Of a DNA stretch of 32,000 bases, positions 9,409-17,503 are shown piece after piece. The stretch spans positions 210,001-242,000 of the forward strand of contig NC_009033.1 in NCBI RefSeq assembly GCF_000015945.1, written 5' to 3'. Made by a program: the position numbers and the translations under genes. Numbering within the stretch: position 1 is the stretch's first letter; each line of letters begins with the position of its first letter. The notes beneath the pieces were generated by a model that had not been told where the DNA came from, searched no databases, and was given only the letters and a program-made list of their open reading frames with translations. This stretch comes from Staphylothermus marinus F1. GTDB lineage: Archaea; Thermoproteota; Thermoprotei_A; Sulfolobales; Desulfurococcaceae.

Positions 9409-9555
9409 AAATGCGGATGAAGGGCTCAAAGTGGTCTATGTGGAGCCCCGATAGCCCCCACGATGAAGGGATGAAGCCCCAACCCAAGAGGGGGAAGCCC
9501 GTGCAGATATCCAAAATTTCCAAAACAACCAAAAAAATAAAGCACGGGCAACCAC
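9409..9555 (+). ncRNA. Candidate structured non-coding RNA (unclassified), copy 1
   Basis: A GC-rich island in AT-rich intergenic DNA. Stems are gggctc(9422-9427)/gagccc(9443-9448) and gcccgtgc(9497-9504)/gcacgggc(9542-9549). GATGAAG occurs three times (9416, 9462, 9470). A T5 run at 9577-9582 follows. Ends are approximate. Confidence 0.35.
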
Positions 9556-10205
9556 GAAATTAAACAGCATCCTAATGTTTTTGTTGAAAACTATTTGTTA
9601 CCTAGCAGATTCAGTATAAATAATTTCAAGCATAATATTTCATCTCAACCAGTATTGATACACTTTCTAGGACTTACTGAGGAATACGGTTATAACAATG
9701 ATTGTTGGAACAGGTTGGTCTAGCTGATAGAATTCACCATAAACCAACAGAGAGTTGCGATTGCTGTTGCAACTGTTGCTTTAGCAAATAGTCCCCTGGC
9801 ACTATTGACGGATAAGCTCACAGCAGAGCTTGACATCGAGAATGCTTTAAAAATAACTAAATTATATGCAGACCTAAGCGTTAAGCATGAAAAAACAATT
9901 ATTGTTTCACACGTGATCCAAGAATAGCTGTTAGGGCTTCTCATATATTTAGGCTTGAGGGTGAAAGAATAATTGAAGTATATAAGCCATCAGATCTAGG
10001 TGTAATGTATGGAAGTAGAGGGAAAGAGGAGGACTTAGCAGAAATAATTAAGAATAAGCTTACCTCAATCAAAAAAGTTGTGGAGGAGCTCGTGAAGAAG
10101 CTTAGGGATGGCGAGATAGGTATGGAAGAATTTGATCTTAGATATAATAAGTTAAAGCATCAAATGAAAGCTTTAAAGGAACTATTAAGGAGTCTTGAAC
10201 ACTGA
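9556..10205 (+). pseudogene. ABC transporter ATP-binding protein remnant (5'-truncated, at least 2 frameshifts, LSGG signature lost)
   Basis: Three frames together give ...VFVENYLLPS... / LEQVGLADRIHHKPTE / QQRVAIAVATVALANSPLALLTDKLTAELD...KTIIVSHVIQE* / AVRASHIFRLEGERIIEV...LEH*. This matches the order Q-loop region, pre-signature, QQRVAIA, Walker B (catalytic E replaced by K) and H-loop of ABC ATPases. There is no Walker A. The annotated 66-aa ORF 10005-10205 is its C-terminal tail. Confidence 0.6.
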
Positions 10206-10209
10206 GCAA

Positions 10210-12381
10210 CTATATTAATCCCTTTTCTCTCAACTGCTCATATAATGATCTCACAAGTCTCGATCCAAACCCGGGCAATGATTCTATTTTGGATGGCGGA
10301 GTACTCGCTAGATCCTTAAGAGATTTAATGCCATGTTTAATTAGTGTTCTAGCTCTCACTCTACCTATACCTTGCAACTCTACTAGTTCTAATGCATCTT
10401 CTTTAACCCCATATTCTAGTCTAATACTTAGTTTCTCAAGATTATTAGCTCTAACAGTGTTGCCCAATACTTTTTCAACACGGCTAAGAGCACTAGCTAT
10501 CCATGAAGCTGTATCTCTAGCAGAATAAATATCGCCGGGCCCAACACCGTATTTCTCAGCTATTTCATCTTCATCTATCTCATTTATCCAGTCATGAAGC
10601 ATTTTTGCTTGAACAAAGCTTTGCAACCATACATAGTAATCATAGTATTCAAATGTTTTAGGAGGCTCTGGTATAATGTCTTCATCGCTAAGCTCTAATG
10701 CTTCTTCTTCGTATAGTTCAACTAGTTTATTGCTTATATAGGGTTTGCTCCTCAAATAATCGGGTGTCTGTGTTATAAGCATTAGATAGTATAAGTCACC
10801 TACATTATCTTTTATATTTTCTAAGTACCGGTTAACAGATAGTGGATCGAGATATGTTATCGAAGTTATTAATCCAAGCTTTGTGGCAATAAATTTATTG
10901 TTTCCAATAGACTCTATCATACCCCACTCTAATAGATCATCTAGTACTATGTCTATTGTAGACTTCAAATAGGCAAGATCTCTATATTCTGCTACAAATA
11001 ATGTGTTCTTGAAAACATTAATGATTTCTTCTAGAGTATTAGCATCTTTCGAGGCTATTAACGCTAATACATGTATTCTCAAACTACGCTCATTGTTCAA
11101 CTTACTAGTTATGGGTTCTAGTTTTCCATGAATAAACTTCAATCCCTCAGATAAACTAGAAGCATCATAGATTATGGCTTCACCATATGGGTCATATGTT
11201 GGTCTACCGGCTCTGCCAGCCATTTGTTTATATTCATAAACAGCAATATTCACAGTCTGCCTTCTCATAGGACTATATCTTTTAATAGAGACGAGAACTC
11301 TTCTAGCAGGAAGATTTACTCCAGCAGCTAATGTTGGAGTCGCGAATACTGCTCTAATTATTCTCTCCCTGAAACCTTTCTCTACAACTCTACGTGCAAC
11401 ACTACTCAGTCCTGCATGGTGGAAGGCTACTCCTCTACTAATTAGGTATTCTAGTTTTTCTCTCTCCAACCTGCTTGGTGACTCTTTTAATTCTTCAAGA
11501 ATCTCTGATAACTTATTTTTATCTATAAGGTGCTTAAATAATCCCATATGTTCTGAAAGCTTAAAAGCCCATTCCTCAGCTTTTCTCCTATTATGTACAA
11601 ATACTAGTACTTGTATACCACTGGAAATGCTTTGAAGAGAAATGTTTAAGGCTGCACCGCCTATTCTATGAATTATTTTCTCTCTCCTCCCATCCCTGAA
11701 AACTATTACGTGGTTTTTCTTATCGTATACTCCTTCAACTAATTCTACAGGTCTATATGGATCGTCTACTAGTTCAGCATTAATCCATCCAGCTAAAACA
11801 TCTGGATTACCTATTGTTGCTGATAAACCAATTATTTGAGCTTGAGAACTCAGCATTTTTGCAATAATCATTTCTAGAATAGGTCCTCTTTCCGGATCAC
11901 CTATCATATGGAATTCATCAATAACAACAACTCCTATTCTATTCAACCATTTAGGTTTAAGTCTTAATAAACTATCGAATCTCTCATAAGTAGCTATAAC
12001 TATATTGTATCTACCCAAATACTCTGCTGGCGACTCATAATCTCCCGTTGTTATCCCAATTCTTAAACCTAGTTTTTCTAATTCCTTGAATTCATCATAT
12101 TTCTCAGAAGCCAGTGCTCTTAGTGGAACAAGGTATAAACCAATCATGTCCTTATTAATTGTGTTATGGACAAGCGCCATTTCACCAATTAACGTCTTAC
12201 CGCTTGCTGTCGGTGCTGATACTAAAAGATTCATACTATTGAACAATCCCTTCTTAACAGCACTTTTCTGAACAGGGTTGAGCCTTGTGATCCCTCTATT
12301 TTTCAATAATTCAATATAAGTTCTCGGAAAACCATATTCTAAAAGCTTCTCAACATCCAACTCTTTACCACACCCATCCAT
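10210..12381 (-). CDS. hel308: Ski2-like DNA helicase Hel308/Hjm
   Basis: All SF2 motifs are present: APTASGKT (I), VVIDEFH (II, DExH), LSAT (III), TPTLAAGVNLPARRV (V) and QMAGRAGRP (VI). The C-terminal winged-helix/ratchet/HhH region and the 723 aa length are typical of archaeal Hel308. Confidence 0.92.
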   Translation of the reverse strand: MDGCGKELDVEKLLEYGFPRTYIELLKNRGITRLNPVQKSAVKKGLFNSMNLLVSAPTASGKTLIGEMALVHNTINKDMIGLYLVPLRALASEKYDEFKELEKLGLRIGITTGDYESPAEYLGRYNIVIATYERFDSLLRLKPKWLNRIGVVVIDEFHMIGDPERGPILEMIIAKMLSSQAQIIGLSATIGNPDVLAGWINAELVDDPYRPVELVEGVYDKKNHVIVFRDGRREKIIHRIGGAALNISLQSISSGIQVLVFVHNRRKAEEWAFKLSEHMGLFKHLIDKNKLSEILEELKESPSRLEREKLEYLISRGVAFHHAGLSSVARRVVEKGFRERIIRAVFATPTLAAGVNLPARRVLVSIKRYSPMRRQTVNIAVYEYKQMAGRAGRPTYDPYGEAIIYDASSLSEGLKFIHGKLEPITSKLNNERSLRIHVLALIASKDANTLEEIINVFKNTLFVAEYRDLAYLKSTIDIVLDDLLEWGMIESIGNNKFIATKLGLITSITYLDPLSVNRYLENIKDNVGDLYYLMLITQTPDYLRSKPYISNKLVELYEEEALELSDEDIIPEPPKTFEYYDYYVWLQSFVQAKMLHDWINEIDEDEIAEKYGVGPGDIYSARDTASWIASALSRVEKVLGNTVRANNLEKLSIRLEYGVKEDALELVELQGIGRVRARTLIKHGIKSLKDLASTPPSKIESLPGFGSRLVRSLYEQLREKGLI

Positions 12382-12460
12382 GTTCCAGATAATACTAAAA
12401 TGGTTTAAAACCCGGATATATTATTTGTAATCAATTAGTTTATAATTGGGGGACTAAATA

Positions 12461-14437
12461 GTGGAACGTAAAATTTTTCACCAACTAATAGGGTTGAATG
12501 AAGTTTTCAAAGTTGTAGAAAAATATTATCCCTTGAAGCCTCTCGGCGAAGAATATGTTGACCTAATTAATTCTTCTGGCAGAGTATTAGCCGAAGATAT
12601 TTATGCACCAATAGATCATCCTCCATTTGATAGAAGCGAAGTCGATGGTTATGCTGTTAGGAGCATGGATATTAGAGGAGCAGACGATCTACACCCTGTT
12701 AAGCTAAAAGTTATAGGGGGAATCGAGCCTGGGGAGAAACCATCTACAGAGATTAGAAAAGGAGAAGCTGTAGAAATCGCTACAGGAGCAATGATCCCTA
12801 GAGGAGCAGATACTGTAGTCATGGTCGAATACACTAGGCGGGAAAATAATGAAGTAGAAATATATCGTGCAGCCGCTCCAGGAGAAAATATTGCTTCTAC
12901 GGGAAGCGATATATCTATGGGAGACCTTGTATTATTGAAGGGGACTATTATAACCCCAAATATAATTGGCTTACTCTCCGGTCTAGGGGTTAACAAGGTA
13001 AAAGTATATGTTAAACCAAAAGTAGCAGTATTCTCAACGGGCAACGAAGTAGTAGAGCCCGGAGAAAAACTTGTTGCAGGAAAAGTATTTGATGTTAATG
13101 GATATCTTGTTACTTCATCTCTAAACGAGATGGGTGTAGATGCTAAATTTATTGGTAGACTCCCAGATAACGAAGAAATTATTTACTCTGAGATCAAGAA
13201 AGCCCTTACATGGGCAGACATAGTTATTACAAGCGGAGGAACAAGTGCTGGATTAGGAGACACTATTTATAGAGTATTCGAAAAACTAGGCGAACCAGGA
13301 GTAATTGTTCACGGATTAAAAACGAAGCCTGGAAAACCAACAGTTATCGCCGTTGCAGATAAGAAACTATTATTTGGTTTACCTGGATTCCCACTATCAT
13401 GCTACATGATATTCGACCAAATCGTAAAGCCTATAATGTATAAACTATTGGGAACAAGGCCTCCTAGAAGAAGAAAAATACGTGCTAGACTAGCTTATAG
13501 AATTAAGAAACCCCTAGGTAAAACATGGCTATTACCAGTATCCCTCATAGAAACCCCTCAAGGATACACAGCATATCCCGTCTCAATTAAGAGTGGTAGC
13601 ATATCACCATTTATTTATAGTGATGGATACGTTATTCTCCCAGAAAATACTGATCTACTCCTCGAAGACTCAGTTGTGGAAACAGTATTGTTCAGAGACC
13701 TAGAAAGCCTACCTAGACTCGTGATTATAGGTAGCAATGATATCTTACTTTACCATATACTTGTACAGTATGGTTTAGCTGATCAAACAAGAATGATATC
13801 TACCGGGAGCATGGGGGGATGGAGAGCTATAAAGAGAGGAGAAGCAGATATAGCACCAACACATCTACTAGATGAAGAAACACTCGAATACAATGTTCCA
13901 TTCTTAGAAAAATTCGGTCTAAAAAGAAAAGCCGTCTTATTACGAGGATATGAGCGAAGACTTGGAATACTTGTTGCAAAAGGTAATCCTAAGAAAATAA
14001 CGGGGATCAGGGATTTCCTTAGAAACGACATAGTGATCGTGAATAGAACAAGAGGCTCTGGAACACGCGTATACCTAGACTATGTATTGAGAAAACTAGC
14101 TGAGAAAGAAAATATATCGTTTCAAGACATAGTTGAGAAAATCAATGGATACATGTATGAAGTGAAAACACATACAGCTGTTGCAGCAGCTATAGCTCAG
14201 GGTAGAGCAGATGCAGGAATAGCTGTTGAAATGGCTGCTAAAATGTATAATCTAGACTTTATACCCTTAACTTGGGAAAAATATGACTTCCTCATATTGA
14301 GGGAACGCATGGATAAAAAACTAGTCAGAGAATTCATCAATACACTTAAGTCGCTAGGAGAGAAGAAAAATGAAATCCAGAACCAGTTCCCAGGCTATAG
14401 ATTACCAAATAATATTGGAGAGATCATTGCTGAGTAG
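12461..14437 (+). CDS. moeA: Molybdopterin molybdenumtransferase MoeA fused to a C-terminal periplasmic-binding-protein-like (oxyanion-binding type) domain
   Basis: The MoeA N-terminus (FDRSEVDGYAV, ATGAMIP.GADTVV) and MoCF-biosynthesis domain (VFSTGNE...GGTSAGLGD) are present. A ~230 aa PBP-like domain follows (LVIIGSND...NRTRGSGTR). GTG start. Confidence 0.85.
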   Translation: MERKIFHQLIGLNEVFKVVEKYYPLKPLGEEYVDLINSSGRVLAEDIYAPIDHPPFDRSEVDGYAVRSMDIRGADDLHPVKLKVIGGIEPGEKPSTEIRKGEAVEIATGAMIPRGADTVVMVEYTRRENNEVEIYRAAAPGENIASTGSDISMGDLVLLKGTIITPNIIGLLSGLGVNKVKVYVKPKVAVFSTGNEVVEPGEKLVAGKVFDVNGYLVTSSLNEMGVDAKFIGRLPDNEEIIYSEIKKALTWADIVITSGGTSAGLGDTIYRVFEKLGEPGVIVHGLKTKPGKPTVIAVADKKLLFGLPGFPLSCYMIFDQIVKPIMYKLLGTRPPRRRKIRARLAYRIKKPLGKTWLLPVSLIETPQGYTAYPVSIKSGSISPFIYSDGYVILPENTDLLLEDSVVETVLFRDLESLPRLVIIGSNDILLYHILVQYGLADQTRMISTGSMGGWRAIKRGEADIAPTHLLDEETLEYNVPFLEKFGLKRKAVLLRGYERRLGILVAKGNPKKITGIRDFLRNDIVIVNRTRGSGTRVYLDYVLRKLAEKENISFQDIVEKINGYMYEVKTHTAVAAAIAQGRADAGIAVEMAAKMYNLDFIPLTWEKYDFLILRERMDKKLVREFINTLKSLGEKKNEIQNQFPGYRLPNNIGEIIAE

Positions 14438-15212
14438 AGTCTAGAAACTCTCTAGACTTCCTAATATAGTTTATCTTGAACAATCTATAATTTTTCCTAT
14501 GCTTAACAATATGTTCATCTAAGTATGCATCCACCTTTGCATATAAAGCTATAAGATATGTTCCAAGAGAAATTATAGATAATAAAACATCTTTTAATCC
14601 AAGAATGAATGGTTCGTAATCATCATATTCATTATTATTGATTCTATTAAATAATTCACGAGTAATCTTATTCTCATATACAATATGTCTATTAAATAAT
14701 TCTATCTGGAAAAATAAAAGGATCGAGAGAGAAGCATGGAAAAGAAGTATAAGCAGTATCGAAAAAAATGGGTTTTCCGCTATGAGAAGAGATAAATATG
14801 GAACAATTAATAGGACAGGCATATATTTTAAAGGAGACTTCTCAATAGCTAGAAACTTTATAAGATAATTATATGATTCCCCTCTTAACCCTAAGTTTAT
14901 TATTTTCAACATATCCTCTATATGTGAGTGTAGATATTTGGAAACCTCTATGTGATTATTTAGCTTTCTAAGAATAAGTATATGAAGTACGAATATAATT
15001 GTTGATCCAAGCAGTCCTACCAGTAACTCGGCAACATAAATGAATTGATTCCATTTAATAAAATATGATAAAATAAGGAATAAAGCGTAAACAGTGATTA
15101 AGGAAGAAGAATATATTAGTGAACTAGGTATTCTCCTAAAACTATGCAATCTCTTAGAAATAATATCACATGCCCTCAGTAGATCACTAATTTTCGTCTC
15201 GAAACTTGACAT
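14424..15212 (-). CDS. Hypothetical multi-pass membrane protein
   Basis: 262-aa ORF, very AT-rich, with several hydrophobic segments. It lies 8 nt downstream of the 145-aa ORF on the same strand (probable operon). No recognisable motif. Confidence 0.5.
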   Translation of the reverse strand: MSSFETKISDLLRACDIISKRLHSFRRIPSSLIYSSSLITVYALFLILSYFIKWNQFIYVAELLVGLLGSTIIFVLHILILRKLNNHIEVSKYLHSHIEDMLKIINLGLRGESYNYLIKFLAIEKSPLKYMPVLLIVPYLSLLIAENPFFSILLILLFHASLSILLFFQIELFNRHIVYENKITRELFNRINNNEYDDYEPFILGLKDVLLSIISLGTYLIALYAKVDAYLDEHIVKHRKNYRLFKINYIRKSREFLDSTQQ

Positions 15213-15220
15213 TATATGTT

Positions 15221-15658
15221 CTAGCCCTCCATAACTAGTTTATGCACCTTGTATAAGTACCGGCTTGTTTTAACTGCTTTAACGGATACTTCATATAGTT
15301 TCCCATGATAAATAACAAAGTGTCTTCGTTTAATACTGTTCCCCCGAAGGATCTTAATTACTTCTTCAACCATCCAATGAAGCTGTGTACAATGAAGACT
15401 TCCATCAACTGTTAAAACTGATACTTCATCATATTTTCCACGAGCAAGTATTCCTGCAAGCTTAAACCCAACCATATTTACGTGTTCCGCTTCTAGACAA
15501 ACAGATAATAAGGCATACTCATTTTTAAACTTCTCCAATGTTTCAGGATGCTCTAGCTCAACGCATCTCCCAATAATTAATAACTTCTTCTTATCTCTAA
15601 AAATCCTCGATTTAGCATTAATATCTATGAGTCTAGGTATTCTATACATACTTTTCAC
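15221..15658 (-). CDS. Hypothetical protein (Cys/His-containing, alpha/beta)
   Basis: 145-aa ORF with conserved-looking GRCVELEH, SVCLEAEH and DGSLHCTQLH segments. I do not recognise a family. Confidence 0.5.
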   Translation of the reverse strand: MKSMYRIPRLIDINAKSRIFRDKKKLLIIGRCVELEHPETLEKFKNEYALLSVCLEAEHVNMVGFKLAGILARGKYDEVSVLTVDGSLHCTQLHWMVEEVIKILRGNSIKRRHFVIYHGKLYEVSVKAVKTSRYLYKVHKLVMEG

Positions 15659-15745
15659 AACTCTTCTATCTCTTTTAACAGAGTTCTTAATGATAAAGAA
15701 TATATTTTACAATTGGATCAATATATAATATGGGTGTTATAAGAA

Positions 15746-16081
15746 TTGCCCGAGGTAAGAACTGGGCCAGTTAGAGTAAGTGGTTACGCGTTAAAACTCA
15801 GAAGAGTCGTTAATGCTGCTCTCCGCGATTATTATAAGCAAAAAACACTGGATGCTAAAGAAATAAATAATATTATTAGCGACTTGAACGCTAAAATCTT
15901 TAATGTTCTAGTAGAAAGATTTGAAATTCCTAAAGATGCTATTGTAAATATTATACTTAACTACGAAGTAGAAAACAATAAATTCGTCATAAAAGATATC
16001 AAGGTTGAAGTCTACGATCTCAACGAGATCCTTACAAGAAACGCCACAACCGAAATCAAGAAAATCATTGGATTACAGTAA
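15746..16081 (+). CDS. Hypothetical small protein
   Basis: 111-aa ORF with a TTG start, divergent from the 145-aa gene. Composition looks coding, but I recognise no motif. Confidence 0.45.
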   Translation: MPEVRTGPVRVSGYALKLRRVVNAALRDYYKQKTLDAKEINNIISDLNAKIFNVLVERFEIPKDAIVNIILNYEVENNKFVIKDIKVEVYDLNEILTRNATTEIKKIIGLQ

Positions 16082-16136
16082 TCAGTTATTTATGCGAATC
16101 TATAGAGAGATTATTTGAAAAGGTGTCATATGGGTA

Positions 16137-16958
16137 TTGAATGAGATATTTGTAGGTATATTACAAGATGAATTCACAGTTGATCCTATGGAGAATTATA
16201 AGAGAATCAGAGAATTGCTAGAAGAAAAACACCAAGTCGCAGATATTGTTGTCGTCCCAGAATACTCAATGATAAACATTCTTGCCGGATTGAAGCCTAG
16301 TGATGTATATGAGCGTGCTGAGAGGATAAATGATAGTATATATATTTCTAAGATAAGCGATCTCGCGGCGAAACTTGACACATATATGCTTATACATTTC
16401 ATTGAAAAAACAGATACTCCGCCAAAAACAATGAGTTCAAGCATACTTGTTCATCCAAGTGGTAGGATTGATAAAGTATATAGTAAAATGCACTTATTTG
16501 ACGCATATGGTTATCGGGAATCAGATTATTTTCTGCCTGGTAGAACTCTTTCTCGACCATTAGTATTTAACCATGTTAGATTCTATGTAGCTATATGTTA
16601 TGATCTACGCTTCCCAGAGCTTTTTAGAAGCTATGCGCGAAAAGATGCTTATGGAGTATTTATTCATGCAGGATGGGTTAGAGGCCCATTGAAGGAGGAA
16701 ATACTCGACTTACTAGCTAGAGCTAGAAGCCATGAAAACACTATGTATATTATATTATCTGACCAAACAGGAAAACAATACGTTGGCAGAAGCGGTGTAT
16801 TTAGCCCACATGGTTTTAGAGAAATAGATATGGGTTATAGAAGAGGATACGTTGAATGGCCAATTAACCCAGACGATGTTTTAGAAGCGAGAAAAGTTGT
16901 GCCCGTAGTTGAACAATCAAGAACTCGATGGGATATTGTTTTGAAAACCGCTAAATAA
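16137..16958 (+). CDS. Carbon-nitrogen hydrolase (nitrilase superfamily amidase)
   Basis: The catalytic E-K-C triad sits in its usual contexts: VVVPEYS, YSKMHLFD and VAICYDLRFPE. TTG start. Confidence 0.8.
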   Translation: MNEIFVGILQDEFTVDPMENYKRIRELLEEKHQVADIVVVPEYSMINILAGLKPSDVYERAERINDSIYISKISDLAAKLDTYMLIHFIEKTDTPPKTMSSSILVHPSGRIDKVYSKMHLFDAYGYRESDYFLPGRTLSRPLVFNHVRFYVAICYDLRFPELFRSYARKDAYGVFIHAGWVRGPLKEEILDLLARARSHENTMYIILSDQTGKQYVGRSGVFSPHGFREIDMGYRRGYVEWPINPDDVLEARKVVPVVEQSRTRWDIVLKTAK

Positions 16959-16984
16959 CATAGCATAATTTATAGATTAAAGAA

Positions 16985-17503
16985 CTATTTCTCCTCAATT
17001 GAAACATTACTTTTACATTCATTTCTAATCATGCATTCATGAAGCATTCTTATAGTTTCCGATGCTAAATCTTCGTTTCCTGGATTATTCATATAGTTTA
17101 TAAATGATTCATGAGTTTCTGCTCCGCAACAATTATATATTATATCAGATAATAGATCAACCTTACTTAATAAACTATCAAGCCTCCAAGCAACACCATA
17201 TTCATCTCTACGGTTACTCAAATAATTAATAATTGCTACTAGCTCAGCTGATTCCCTGAGAGCACCGCATTCTTTTCTCTCACACAAATTCCTCAACCCC
17301 TGTTTTGGAGGGCTCCGCCATACTATATAGTCTATAATGGCTATTAAACCCCACACTACAGCATATAAGAGATAAGCTTCAATCTCGTATATTAAGAATA
17401 CCAAGAGAGAACCTATAGATGCACAAGTAGTTGATATTATTGCAGATAATCCTAGATAATAATATATCCTACCAAGCTTGCTCAATAAGTTCACCAGTCT
17501 CAT
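16985..17503 (-). CDS. Hypothetical membrane-anchored Cys-rich protein
   Basis: Two N-terminal TM segments are followed by a soluble domain with CERKEC, NCCGAETHE and HECMIRNEC. Its start overlaps the upstream amidohydrolase stop by 35 nt, suggesting co-transcription. Confidence 0.5.
   Translation of the reverse strand: MRLVNLLSKLGRIYYYLGLSAIISTTCASIGSLLVFLIYEIEAYLLYAVVWGLIAIIDYIVWRSPPKQGLRNLCERKECGALRESAELVAIINYLSNRRDEYGVAWRLDSLLSKVDLLSDIIYNCCGAETHESFINYMNNPGNEDLASETIRMLHECMIRNECKSNVSIEEK

Larger units (their letters stand above)
9316..9555 (+). repeat. GC-rich repeat element, copy 1 (inverted partner at 23998-24196)
   Basis: Direct comparison with the reverse complement of 23998-24196. 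The 35-nt 5' block matches 34/35 (gactatttgcttatttggataYtatggttgttttg). Both share a TTTATAAA box. The 48/49-nt core aaatgcRgatgaagggctcaaa(a)gtggtctatgtggagccccRatagcc differs by two substitutions plus one indel. The 3' block aataaagcacgggcaaccac matches 20/20. Confidence 0.92.

Noticed and set aside
9411-9563. A 50-aa basic ORF (MRMKGSKWSMWSPDSPHDEGMKPQPKRGKPVQISKISKTTKKIKHGQPRN) lies inside repeat copy 1.
   Set aside because: In copy 2 a 1-nt insertion (aaaagtgg versus aaagtgg) terminates the equivalent frame after 14 codons. Even if that insertion is ignored, the perfectly conserved 3' block is read in a different frame in the two copies. Conservation is therefore at the nucleotide or structure level, not the protein level.
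9720-9944. Listed 74-aa minus-strand ORF.
   Set aside because: It lies antisense to the part of the plus strand that translates into the recognisable ABC-ATPase segment (QQRVAIA...TIIVSH). It has no motif of its own and is most likely a shadow ORF.
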